Under the pieces are notes generated by a model. It did no database searches, was not told the origin of the DNA, and was given only the letters and a program-made list of their open reading frames with translations. Made by a program: the position numbers and the translations under genes. Positions 46,182 through 55,203 of a DNA stretch of 64,000 nucleotides are shown piece after piece. Every line of letters begins with the position of its first letter. Position 1 is the stretch's first letter. This DNA comes from Eubacteriales bacterium (GTDB lineage: Bacteria; Bacillota; Clostridia; Oscillospirales; CAG-272), in NCBI GenBank assembly GCA_051867895.1, contig JBJDZH010000016.1, forward strand, positions 26,367 to 90,366. Direction: 5' to 3'.

Positions 46182-47249
46182 TTATGTCCTTTCCAGCAGT
46201 TTCTGCCAATCCGCCACGATCCGCTCCCGCGCAAACTTTTCCATGCCGCGCTGTGACTGCTGTGAAAAGCTGCTGCGCAGCTCCCTGTGATCCATCAGTA
46301 CGGCGAGCTTTTCCGCCAGCGCCGCGGCGTCTGCCGCCGGGACAAGGTATCCGTTCACGCCGTCCTCGATGATATCGCGCGGACCTGTCATAATGTCAAA
46401 GCTGACAAGCGGCAGCCCCCATGACTTCGCCTCCAGCAGCACCATCGGAAGCCCCTCCATCTCGGAGGTCATCACAAACAGAGCGGCGTCCTGATACTGC
46501 CGGTCCATGTCGCGCACCGTTCCGGGCAGCAGGATCTGTTTTTCCAGCCCTGCCTCACAAATCAGGCGCTCCAATTGCGCGCGCTCCGGTCCCTCCCCGC
46601 AGATCACCCATTTCCATTCCGGACGGTCGGGCAGGAGGCGCCTGGCCGCCTCCACGGCAAGGGAAAATCCCTTGATGGGCAGAAGCAGTCCCGCCGACAG
46701 AATGGTGGCGGATGCAGAGTCATAGGTAAAGGCATGCGGCTCGGCGGGGTTGGGGATCACATGGACAGGCGCGCAGCGGGAAATGTGCGACCGGTAATTC
46801 TCCCGGTCCTGCTCCGTCAGCACGACCATGGCGTCGCTGTGCCGCGCCGCGAAACGGCGGAGATGGGGAAAGACGCGGGAACCCCAGTTGTTGAAATAGT
46901 TTCCGTGCTCCCAGGTGATGACCTTCGCTTTTGTTCCCACCGCAGCCAGAATGCCGTAGAAACCCATCCCGACATCGACATTGATGACGCGATCCATGCG
47001 GTTGTGCCGGAGAAAACGATGGATTTCCGAAATCTGTGCCGGGATGCCCGCCTTCCCGGCAGCCGCCCGGAGCGTGACATGACGCACGCGGGGATCCAGC
47101 TCGAAAAAAACCTCTCCCCCGTGCAGGCGCAGGCTGATGACCCATACCTGGTGCCCGGCGCACAGCGCGTTGGCAAGAAAGGCCGTCATGCGTTCCGTGC
47201 CGCCCTTGCGGGACATATCGCCTTCAAGAAAGCATATATTCATCTTCAA
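46182..47249 (-). CDS. family 4 (GT-B) glycosyltransferase
   Basis: 355 aa with the SEMEGLPMVLLEA EX7E-type motif. Confidence 0.85.
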   Translation of the reverse strand: MKMNICFLEGDMSRKGGTERMTAFLANALCAGHQVWVISLRLHGGEVFFELDPRVRHVTLRAAAGKAGIPAQISEIHRFLRHNRMDRVINVDVGMGFYGILAAVGTKAKVITWEHGNYFNNWGSRVFPHLRRFAARHSDAMVVLTEQDRENYRSHISRCAPVHVIPNPAEPHAFTYDSASATILSAGLLLPIKGFSLAVEAARRLLPDRPEWKWVICGEGPERAQLERLICEAGLEKQILLPGTVRDMDRQYQDAALFVMTSEMEGLPMVLLEAKSWGLPLVSFDIMTGPRDIIEDGVNGYLVPAADAAALAEKLAVLMDHRELRSSFSQQSQRGMEKFARERIVADWQKLLERT

Positions 47250-47253
47250 TGAT

Positions 47254-48375
47254 TCACACGCTGTCCAGCATGTCCTCCACAGCTTTTACCGTCTTTTCCC
47301 GGCTGAAGGCGGCGCCGCGCTCCTTTGCCTTATCCCGGTAGTGCGCCAGCAGCGCGGGTTCCGTGAGCATCCGCCTGATCCCCTGATAGATGCCCTCCTC
47401 GCTGTTTTCCACGACGAGGCCGTATTCGTCATGCTGCCCGAGAAGCTCCCGCGCGCCGGAGCAGTCGGTGCTGACGACGGGCGTTCCGAGGATCAGCGCC
47501 TCCGTCACCGCGGTGGAAAAGCCCTCCCGCCGGGAAGAGCAGACATACAGATCGCACCGGGACATGCAGGCATACGGATTGTCCCTGAACCCCAGAAGCA
47601 GAAACGAATCCTCCGCGCCGTACTCCCGGATCTTCTGCTCCAGATACCGCTGCTCTTCTCCGACGCCGAGAATACATACCTTGTGGGAAAGCCCTTCGTC
47701 CAGAAGCCGCTTGTGTACGTTCAGAAGCCGGTCAAAGCCCTTGGTCTTCATCAGCTTGGCGACGGAGCAGAGGAGCGGAACGCCGCCCCCGTTCCCGAAC
47801 AGCCAGTCGGGTGGCTCCTCACGGGCAAGAGCAAGAATGCGCTCTGTTTCATTGGTATTGTACAGCACGCTGACCGGAACCGACAGCGGCAGACTTTGCA
47901 GAAAGCACGTCCGCACGCTCTCCGCCACCGCAACCAGGCGGTCGAAGGTTTCGTAGCAGCGCGCGGCTTCCCGCGGACTGCGGAAGCCCCGGGAAGCCAG
48001 ACGGGGCGTGTTCAGCTCGATATGGATCCATCCGATCTTCCGGACGTCCGGCTCGCAGCAGCCGGAGACGATCCGGGCGGTCGGTCCTTCCAGATACGAC
48101 ACGAGAATGTCGTATTTCTCCCGGATCAGGCGGCGGTACAGCGTCTTTGGTGAAAACAGCTCGAGCAGATAGGTATTTCCGCGGAACTGACGCTTGCCTC
48201 CGGGAAGGTAGCGGACATGGGGCAGCAGATACTGCCGGTTGACGCCGACGTCGAACAGCGTCTGCACTGTGACCTCGAACCGGGCGGGGTCCATGTTGTT
48301 CACGAGATTGACAAGAACCCGTTCCGCCCCGCCGTGCCCCAGCGTCGGGATCAGAAATAAAACCTTCTTACGCAT
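47254..48375 (-). CDS. family 4 (GT-B) glycosyltransferase
   Basis: 373 aa with N-terminal PTLGHGGAERVLVNL and C-terminal SSRREGFSTAVTEA. Confidence 0.85.
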   Translation of the reverse strand: MRKKVLFLIPTLGHGGAERVLVNLVNNMDPARFEVTVQTLFDVGVNRQYLLPHVRYLPGGKRQFRGNTYLLELFSPKTLYRRLIREKYDILVSYLEGPTARIVSGCCEPDVRKIGWIHIELNTPRLASRGFRSPREAARCYETFDRLVAVAESVRTCFLQSLPLSVPVSVLYNTNETERILALAREEPPDWLFGNGGGVPLLCSVAKLMKTKGFDRLLNVHKRLLDEGLSHKVCILGVGEEQRYLEQKIREYGAEDSFLLLGFRDNPYACMSRCDLYVCSSRREGFSTAVTEALILGTPVVSTDCSGARELLGQHDEYGLVVENSEEGIYQGIRRMLTEPALLAHYRDKAKERGAAFSREKTVKAVEDMLDSV

Positions 48376-49474
48376 ATGTCCCTCCGAAAAGCCAGGAGCG
48401 GTAGGGAAGCAGATTGGAATCCGTATGAACGATCAGCCAGAAATACAAGAAGTAGACGGCGACCACTCCGGCAGTCATGACCCGCCGGCTCTTCGGCTCA
48501 AAGCACGAAAGAATACGGGGCCACAGCAGGATGTTGTAGATCCCGAAGAACATGCAGAAGCGCGCAAAGATCCAGTTTTTTGTCGCGATCATCATAAAGC
48601 AGGCGTTGATGAGGGACAAATTGACCAGCGTGCCGGTATCCCGTCCGGTGTTTTGCAGATGCTTCCACAGAACGAGGGAAAAGAGCGGGGGGACGGCTGT
48701 CAGCGCAAAGCGGAGGATGTTTGCGCCGAGCCCGGACTGCGCCAGCATATCCTCGTAGTTGGCGTAGCTGCTGTCTGTGGATTGCAGCAGCCGGATGAGC
48801 GTGTCCGAGAACTGATCGAAGCTGAGCAGTATGACCAGAAAGCCCCCGGCAAGAGCCAGATTGGCAAAGGAACGCGGTTTGACATACCGTGCGTACACAA
48901 AGACGGGAAGAATGATCCAGGCGGAAGCATGAAACTGCGCGGCGACAAACGTCAGAAGGAGAAGCCAGAGCCATTTTTTCTTTTCGAGCAGCGGAAATGC
49001 AGCGAACAGGATGACGGCGGCGAGCATCTGCCGCATCCCGTTGAATAGGTCGAAGTAGTACATACCCGCGATCAGCAGAAAAACGGACAGCGGATAGCGA
49101 GGGGAGTTTTTGTAAATGCCGTATACGATCAGGGCGACGGAGGCAAGACCTGTCAGAGCGAATACTGGAACGTATCCGCCGAACAGCCGGGCGCAGAACA
49201 GGTTCAGCACGCCCCAGAGCGGCTCGTCCGTGCGCAGAACCTGCGCATACGTTTTATCTTTCGTCAGGGTGTATATGTCGATATAGTTGCCGTAATCCGT
49301 GCCGACCCCGTTGCGCCATCCGACGACAACGCCGAGAATCGCCGTGAGCAGCAGACAGCATACAAGCTGCCCGCGGTGCGATTTCGGGGAGAGGGAACCC
49401 TCCTGCGGCGAAAGCGCCTGCATCCGCCAGGCGATGCATACGGAAAGCAGCAGCGCCGCCAAGTAAATCTGCAT
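48368..49474 (-). CDS. EpsG-family (Wzy-like) polysaccharide polymerase
   Basis: 368-aa polytopic protein with GTDYGNY...NGMRQMLA...QFHASA motifs recalled for EpsG. Confidence 0.75.
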   Translation of the reverse strand: MQIYLAALLLSVCIAWRMQALSPQEGSLSPKSHRGQLVCCLLLTAILGVVVGWRNGVGTDYGNYIDIYTLTKDKTYAQVLRTDEPLWGVLNLFCARLFGGYVPVFALTGLASVALIVYGIYKNSPRYPLSVFLLIAGMYYFDLFNGMRQMLAAVILFAAFPLLEKKKWLWLLLLTFVAAQFHASAWIILPVFVYARYVKPRSFANLALAGGFLVILLSFDQFSDTLIRLLQSTDSSYANYEDMLAQSGLGANILRFALTAVPPLFSLVLWKHLQNTGRDTGTLVNLSLINACFMMIATKNWIFARFCMFFGIYNILLWPRILSCFEPKSRRVMTAGVVAVYFLYFWLIVHTDSNLLPYRSWLFGGTYA

Positions 49475-49480
49475 AATACA

Positions 49481-50296
49481 CTATTCCTTTTCGGAGGAAG
49501 ACTGTTTTCGGCGATGAAGCCGTAAATAGAGACTTTTGGGGAGAAGCGCGACCGCAATCGGGCGCAGGACCCATATGTACTGTGCGGCGGGCAGCTTCAG
49601 ACGGTGAAATCCCGTCGCGCGGACGTAGGCTTCGTTCAGATAGTACCGGAATTTCCGGCGGTGGTAGGCGTTTTCGTCGTCGCGCATTTTATACAGCGGC
49701 GTCTGCAGATTATATCCGCGATAGCCAAGCTCATACAGCCGGAACCACAGATCATAATCCTCCGCACGCAGCGTCCGTTTGTCGGTGGAGTAGCCGCGGA
49801 CTGCGGCGTACGCTTCCGCGCGGAGCATGCAGGCGCCGTGGCAGAAGGGCGTTCCCGTACGGAAATCCATGGCGGCAGGGCGCTCCGGGGCGTTTCCGAT
49901 GCCCCACTCGCCGTGCTCGTCAAAATAGATCATGGGGCAGCTGACAATGGCGTATTCCGGATGCGCGTCCAGAAAAGCCGCCTCTTTCTCCAGCCGCTGC
50001 GGCAGCGAAATATCGTCGCCGTCCATGCGGGCGATGTATTCGCCGGACGCGGCGGACAGGCAGCGGTTGAGCGTTTCGTTCAGTCCGAGATTCCGGGAAT
50101 TCCGCAAAAGCCGGATCTGTCCGGGATACCGTCCGGCGTACTCCGCCGCGATCTTTGGCGTGTCGTCCGTGGAGCAGTCGTCGCACAGGATCAGCTCCCA
50201 GTTGGAGTAGGTCTGCGCGGCGATGGAATCAAGTGCTTCCGGGAGGGTGGCGGCGCAGTTATATGCGCCCATAATGACGGATATTTTCTTACTCAT
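49481..50296 (-). CDS. family 2 glycosyltransferase
   Basis: ISVIMGAYNCAATLPEALDSIAAQTYSNWELILCDDCSTD...MDGDD. Confidence 0.85.
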   Translation of the reverse strand: MSKKISVIMGAYNCAATLPEALDSIAAQTYSNWELILCDDCSTDDTPKIAAEYAGRYPGQIRLLRNSRNLGLNETLNRCLSAASGEYIARMDGDDISLPQRLEKEAAFLDAHPEYAIVSCPMIYFDEHGEWGIGNAPERPAAMDFRTGTPFCHGACMLRAEAYAAVRGYSTDKRTLRAEDYDLWFRLYELGYRGYNLQTPLYKMRDDENAYHRRKFRYYLNEAYVRATGFHRLKLPAAQYIWVLRPIAVALLPKSLYLRLHRRKQSSSEKE

Positions 50297-50299
50297 GAT

Positions 50300-50805
50300 T
50301 TATTCCGGCTGCTTTATGATGATGCTGGGCGCTCCCGCCAGAACGACGGCGTGGCTGGGGATATCCTGCATGACGACGCAGCCTGCTCCGATCTTTGCAT
50401 AATCGCCGATCGTGACGCCGCCGATGATTTTCGCACCGGCGCCGATTACAACGTGATCTCCGATGGTGGGCGCGCCGCCGCGTCCCTCGCCGATTGTCAC
50501 CTGATGATAGATGCGGCAGTCTCGCCGATCCGGGCGTTATGGGATACAATGATTCCGTTCAGCCCATGGGGAAGCTGCGGCGGCTCCGCGAACTGCGCGC
50601 CGAAGCCGCGGTGCGTCCCCATGGACGCGTTATTGAACGCGTCCGCGCGCTTGATATAGTACAGGCGGAAAAGATCGCCGAGCCGGGAACCCCGGTCCGG
50701 GGCGACCACGACGCTGCGGTATTTCCAGTATTTCTCATGATTGTATCTTTGCACGATCCCGCGCAGGAATCTTTCCGCGGCGGACAGTCGGACGTCAAAT
50801 TCCAT
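50300..50805 (-). pseudogene. hexapeptide-repeat O-acetyltransferase (serine-acetyltransferase-like) interrupted by a 1-nt frameshift
   Basis: The N-terminal part (50497-50805) ends ...[17 protein letters not shown] shifted frame continues [32 protein letters not shown]... (50300-50500). The total span is 506 nt, not a multiple of 3. The junction lies near 50516-50526. Confidence 0.7.
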
Positions 50806-51884
50806 TACATGATCCTTTCCAGCGTTGCCGACACCACGTTCCGGCGGTCAAAGACTGCTTCCATATGGTGCCGTCCTGCCTCGCCCATCGCGCGGCGGCT
50901 GCCGGACGGCATCCGGCAGAAGCGGAGCATGCAGTCATACAGGCTGTCGGCGTCCTGCGGCTCGCAGAGAAGACCGCTCTCGCCCTCGACGACCGCTTCC
51001 ATGCAGCCGTGGATGCGGCTGGTAATGAGGGGACGTCCCATCGCGGCGCATTCCAGATTGGTGTTTGCCATGCCCTCGTGCCAGGAGGGCAGCACAAAGC
51101 AGTGCGCGCGTTCAATGAACGGACGGACATCCTTCTGATAGCCATGGTAGACGAGCCAGCCCTGCGCAGTGTATTCCTGAATTCTGTCCGCATAGTTTTC
51201 TTCGTATCCGCCCACCACGTCCAGCGAGCAGGGAACCGCCTCCCGGTGCAGCCGCTCCATGGCGGAGAACAGCTCGCCGATCCCTTTCTCCGCCATGACT
51301 CTGCCGATAAACAGAAAGCGGACAGGCGCTTCGCCCGAGGGATAGGGGGCGGGCGCGTAGCGCTCCAGATTCACGCCCGCGCCCGGAAGCAGACAGCACT
51401 GCTCACGGCGGACGATCTGCTCCGTCAGAAGCGTTTCCATATTTCCCGAATTCTCAAAGAATACGGTATGCGCATGCTTCAGCGCGGCGCGGTACATGCG
51501 TGTTACCAGAGCGCGCAGTGCGCCGCGCTTTTGAAACGCGGTTCCGAGACCGGTGATGTTGGCGGCATAGGGGATCCCGGCAAGACGGCAGGCAAGCCCG
51601 CCGTAGATGTTCGGCTTGATGGTGTAGGTGATGACAAGATCGGGCTTCTCTTTTTTCAGCATGCGCCGGTACCGGCAGAACAGAGAGAGATCCTTTCCCG
51701 CATGAAGCCCCCGGCGGTCGACCGGCGTCGAAAGAAAGCGGCAGCCCATTTCCTCAAACGGGCGGACAAGCTCGCCGTCCGGGAGGGAGAGCAGAACCTC
51801 ATGCTTTTTTTGCAGCTTCGCGATCAATTCCCGCCGGAACTGATACAGACCGACGTCCAGATTCGTCATGACGAGGATTTTCAT
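50805..51884 (-). CDS. family 4 (GT-B) glycosyltransferase (start trimmed to MKILVMTN)
   Basis: AGGAGG RBS and an ATGA overlap with the upstream gene. LPSWHEGMANTNLECAA EX7E-like motif. Confidence 0.85.
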   Translation of the reverse strand: MKILVMTNLDVGLYQFRRELIAKLQKKHEVLLSLPDGELVRPFEEMGCRFLSTPVDRRGLHAGKDLSLFCRYRRMLKKEKPDLVITYTIKPNIYGGLACRLAGIPYAANITGLGTAFQKRGALRALVTRMYRAALKHAHTVFFENSGNMETLLTEQIVRREQCCLLPGAGVNLERYAPAPYPSGEAPVRFLFIGRVMAEKGIGELFSAMERLHREAVPCSLDVVGGYEENYADRIQEYTAQGWLVYHGYQKDVRPFIERAHCFVLPSWHEGMANTNLECAAMGRPLITSRIHGCMEAVVEGESGLLCEPQDADSLYDCMLRFCRMPSGSRRAMGEAGRHHMEAVFDRRNVVSATLERIM

Positions 51885-52489
51885 CGGAGCCTCCTGGCAG
51901 GGACGCCGATATAGGTGCCCGCTTCCGTGATATCCGCCGCGACGACGGCGCCCGCGCCGATGACGCATCCGCCGCAGATTCTTGTGTTGTTGCGAACAAC
52001 GGCGCCGATGCCGATGTGGGTTCCCCGACCTACGGAAACGGTGCCGCCCAACGCGGAGGCGGGGGAGAGATGCACATAATCTTCAAGCCGGTCGTCGTGC
52101 TCCGCGATCGCACCTGTGTTGATGATGCAGTGCGCGCCGATCACGGCGCCTGCATTGACGACGGCGCGCGGCATAATGACCGTGCCGCACCCGACCACGG
52201 CATACGGGGAGACGCAGGCGGACGGATGAATGGCGGTAATCCATCGGAGAGGCAGCTCTTCGGCGATACGCTGCCGTGCGCCGTTGTCGCCGATGGCGAT
52301 CAAAAACGGATGCTCCGCGTATTTTTCATGATCCCGGAGCGCGCCGAGCACCGGAACGCCGAGAACGGTGGAACCGGCGGCAAGCCTGTCGTCCAGAATG
52401 CCGAGGACCCGGGTGCCCGCTGCCCGCAGGCAGTCCATCACGACTTTGGCGTGACCGCCGCCGCCGAGCAGAATTACAGAGTCAGACAT
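51881..52489 (-). CDS. NeuD/PglD/EpsM-like sugar N-acetyltransferase (left-handed beta-helix)
   Basis: ILLGGGGHAKVV N-terminal Rossmann-like motif plus hexapeptide repeats. 202 aa. Confidence 0.8.
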   Translation of the reverse strand: MSDSVILLGGGGHAKVVMDCLRAAGTRVLGILDDRLAAGSTVLGVPVLGALRDHEKYAEHPFLIAIGDNGARQRIAEELPLRWITAIHPSACVSPYAVVGCGTVIMPRAVVNAGAVIGAHCIINTGAIAEHDDRLEDYVHLSPASALGGTVSVGRGTHIGIGAVVRNNTRICGGCVIGAGAVVAADITEAGTYIGVPARRLR

Positions 52490-53126
52490 GGGCGGACTCC
52501 TTTGTGCCGGTGAATTCTTCCATGGTTTCCGAGGTCGCCGACGAGATGCCGTTCCGGGAAAGCACCGCGCCGACCGTCCGAAAGACGATCTTCGCGTCCA
52601 AGGCGAAGCGGATGTGCTGCACATACCATACGTCCAGCCGGAATCTTTCCTCCCAGTCCAGGGCGTTTCTGCCGTTCACCTGCGCCCAGCCGGTCAGACC
52701 GGGGCGGACGTCGTGCCTGTGCCGCTGTTCTTCCGTATAAAGCGGAAGATATTTTACCAGCAGCGGGCGCGGACCGACAATGGACATATCCCCCCGCAGA
52801 ATGTTCCAAAGCTCCGGCAGCTCGTCGAGAGACGTGCTGCGCAGGATTCTTCCGAAGCGGGTGAGCCGTGCCTCATCCGGCAGCAGAGCGCCGCTTTCAT
52901 CCCGCTGCGCCGTCATGGAGCGGAATTTGTACAGATAAAAGATCTTGCCGTCCTTGCCCGGACGCGGCTGCCTGAAAATCACGGGAGCCCCCAGCTTGAC
53001 CCGCACGAGAACTGCCGTGACCAGCATGAGCGGAGAGAGAAGGATCAGCGCCAGCAGGGACAGGGAAAAATCCAGAAAACGCTTGATGTATTTTTCGTAA
53101 ACGCTGGGTGTATGCTCCATGCGCAC
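52482..53126 (-). CDS. small monotopic phosphoglycosyl transferase (PglC/EpsL-type undecaprenyl-phosphate sugar phosphotransferase)
   Basis: KRFLDFSLSLLALILLSPLML...PVIFRQPRPGKDGKIFYLYKFRSM...DELPQ-like DELPELWNILRGDMSIVGPRP. Confidence 0.88.
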   Translation of the reverse strand: MRMEHTPSVYEKYIKRFLDFSLSLLALILLSPLMLVTAVLVRVKLGAPVIFRQPRPGKDGKIFYLYKFRSMTAQRDESGALLPDEARLTRFGRILRSTSLDELPELWNILRGDMSIVGPRPLLVKYLPLYTEEQRHRHDVRPGLTGWAQVNGRNALDWEERFRLDVWYVQHIRFALDAKIVFRTVGAVLSRNGISSATSETMEEFTGTKESAHV

Positions 53127-53129
53127 CTC

Positions 53130-54251
53130 TCAGAAAAGCCCGCGGATCACACTGCATACGCGATCCACATCGGACATACTCATTTTTGTGTCGCTGGGCA
53201 GACATACACCGCGCGCGAACAGCTCCTCCGATACCGCCGTGCCGCCCGCGGTCACAAACTCCGCGCCGGAGAATACCGGCTGGACGTGCATCGGCTTCCA
53301 GAGATACCGCCCTTCCATATGGGCGGCATCCAGCGCCTGAATCAGCTCCGCGGGCGATCTGCCGCAGCCTTTGTCGAGCAGGACGGCGGACAGCCAGCGG
53401 TTGGAGACGGCGCACGGTAGAGACGGCTGCATGCACAGTGGGAGACCGCGCAGCATCTCCGCATACCGCGCAAAGATGGCGCGCTTTTGCCGGATCCGGA
53501 GAGGGAGCACCTTCATCTGACCGCGCCCGATGCCGGCGCAGATGTTGCTCAGCCGGTAGTTATATCCGATCTCCTCATGCTGGTACCACGGAAACGGCTC
53601 CCGTGCCTGCGTCGCCAGCTTCAGAGCGTGCGCCGCTTCCTCCGGCTTTCGGCAGATGAGCATGCCGCCGCCGGAGGTCGTTATGATTTTGTTACCGTTG
53701 AAAGAGAGCGCGCCGAAGCTGCCGAAAGTGCCGCATCTGCGTCCGGCGTACTCGCTGCCCAGCGCTTCCGCTGCGTCCTCGATCAGCGGGACGCCGTGCT
53801 TTTCGCAGAGCCGGGAGATCTCTTCCAGCTTCGCCGGATTGCCGTACAGATGAACGGCAACGACGGCAGCAGGCTTCCCGTATTTTTGAAAAGCCAGCTC
53901 CAGCGCGGCGGGATCCATGTTCCAGCTGTCCCGCTCGCTGTCAATGAACACCGGCTCGGCGCCGGCATAGACGATGGGATTGGCGGAGGCGGAAAAGGTC
54001 AGATCCTGACAAAAGACCCTGTCCCCGGGACACACACCCGCGAGCAGCATGGAAAGGTGCAGGGCGGCGGAGCCGGACGAAAGGGCGACCGGGTATCCCG
54101 CGCCCAGAAACAACTGCATTGCCTTTTCAAATTCGGTGACGTTTTCACCCAGCGGAGCGATCCAGTTCTTCTGGAACGCGTCTTGTATGTATGCAAGTTC
54201 ATAGCCCTCTTCCGACATATGGGGGCTGGATAACAGCAGGCGGTCTGCCAT
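53130..54251 (-). CDS. DegT/DnrJ/EryC1-family PLP-dependent sugar aminotransferase (PglE/EpsN-like)
   Basis: 373 aa. The SFNGNKIITTSGGG segment carries the candidate PLP lysine. It is the first gene of the operon. Confidence 0.9.
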   Translation of the reverse strand: MADRLLLSSPHMSEEGYELAYIQDAFQKNWIAPLGENVTEFEKAMQLFLGAGYPVALSSGSAALHLSMLLAGVCPGDRVFCQDLTFSASANPIVYAGAEPVFIDSERDSWNMDPAALELAFQKYGKPAAVVAVHLYGNPAKLEEISRLCEKHGVPLIEDAAEALGSEYAGRRCGTFGSFGALSFNGNKIITTSGGGMLICRKPEEAAHALKLATQAREPFPWYQHEEIGYNYRLSNICAGIGRGQMKVLPLRIRQKRAIFARYAEMLRGLPLCMQPSLPCAVSNRWLSAVLLDKGCGRSPAELIQALDAAHMEGRYLWKPMHVQPVFSGAEFVTAGGTAVSEELFARGVCLPSDTKMSMSDVDRVCSVIRGLF

Positions 54252-54360
54252 GGAAGGTCATCTCCTCATTGGGCGTGCAGGCGGTATGCCGCGCGTTTTA
54301 TCATCGGATATCCGACATCGACCGGATCCACATAAAAATCCTATCATATAATATTCATAA

Positions 54361-54389
54361 TATTGTACCATGTTTGCCGCGGAAAATCA
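54361..54389 (-). promoter_or_regulatory. candidate promoter of the polysaccharide operon
   Basis: On the minus strand: TTGATT (54384-54389), a 17-nt spacer, TGgTACAAT (54361-54366). The leader is about 105 nt and contains the 12-bp palindrome tcggatatccga (54303-54314). Confidence 0.45.
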
Positions 54390-54672
54390 ATACATGCCGG
54401 CGATTGAATCCGGAAATTGCCGGCTGTTATGGCATGTTTTGCAAGGCGCTGCGCTGTACGACTGCGCGATTTCCAAAAATACGGATGAGACGAAAGGAAT
54501 GCCCATTGCATTTTTTTTGGAATGGAGGTATAATCTATACAGTGGGAGCGGTATGCTCTGCCAAAGACGCGCCACCCCTCAGGCGTTTGCATCGGGGGCG
54601 GAGCCGGCAGGCAGCCCGTATCACAGAGAATGTGATTCTCATTCATGAATCAGGAAAGGTCTGGTATTTGCT

Positions 54673-55149
54673 ATGCATAAGCAGGAAGGTATTCTCTCGG
54701 CAGCGCTGTCCATTCTTCTCGGGATTCTGCTCATCGTCATGAAGAACAGCGTCATCAGCATCGCCATCACCGTCTGCGGCGTTGTGCTGCTCATATCGGC
54801 GGTCATGGAATTCATCGCCGGCATGGTGCACAGCGGCATTATCAAGGCAGTCGTGGGCGTCTGCGTTCTTGTCTTTGGCTGGATGTTCGTGAATCTGGCG
54901 CTCTACATTCTGGCTGCCGCCATTATCATCATGGGACTCATGCAGATTGTCAATATCCATAAATATGCGCCGGTCAATCAGAGCGGCGCAGAAAAGGTCG
55001 TATCCTATCTGCGGCCTGTGGCAGCCGTGATCGCCGGCGCATGCCTGCTTTTCAATCAGGGCGGGACCGTTTCGTGGCTGTTTGTGTTTGCCGGCGTGCT
55101 GCTGATCGTGCAGGGCGCCGTCGAGCTGCTTGACTGTATGAAGCGATAA
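54673..55149 (+). CDS. small polytopic membrane protein (DUF308/HdeD-like pattern)
   Basis: 158 aa with five hydrophobic helices and G/L/I-rich repeats. A TTGCAT-17-TATAAT promoter lies at about 54506-54534. Confidence 0.45.
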   Translation: MHKQEGILSAALSILLGILLIVMKNSVISIAITVCGVVLLISAVMEFIAGMVHSGIIKAVVGVCVLVFGWMFVNLALYILAAAIIIMGLMQIVNIHKYAPVNQSGAEKVVSYLRPVAAVIAGACLLFNQGGTVSWLFVFAGVLLIVQGAVELLDCMKR

Positions 55150-55170
55150 GACAGGGGAGCTCTCAGAATG

Positions 55171-55203
55171 AAGGATACCGCCTTCCGGGCGGTATCCTTT
55201 TTC
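55171..55203 (+). terminator. rho-independent terminator
   Basis: Perfect 12-bp hairpin aaggataccgcc/ggcggtatcctt followed by a T-run. Confidence 0.7.

Noticed and set aside
50510-50530. Phase-variable slipped-strand tract at the acetyltransferase frameshift.
   Set aside because: The sequence around the shift (ggcgagactgccgc) has no homopolymer or short tandem repeat.
54540-54672. The ~130-nt leader of the DUF308-like gene as a possible riboswitch.
   Set aside because: I found no match to the fluoride, guanidine, Mn or other small riboswitch cores I could recall. The evidence is too thin to report as a finding.
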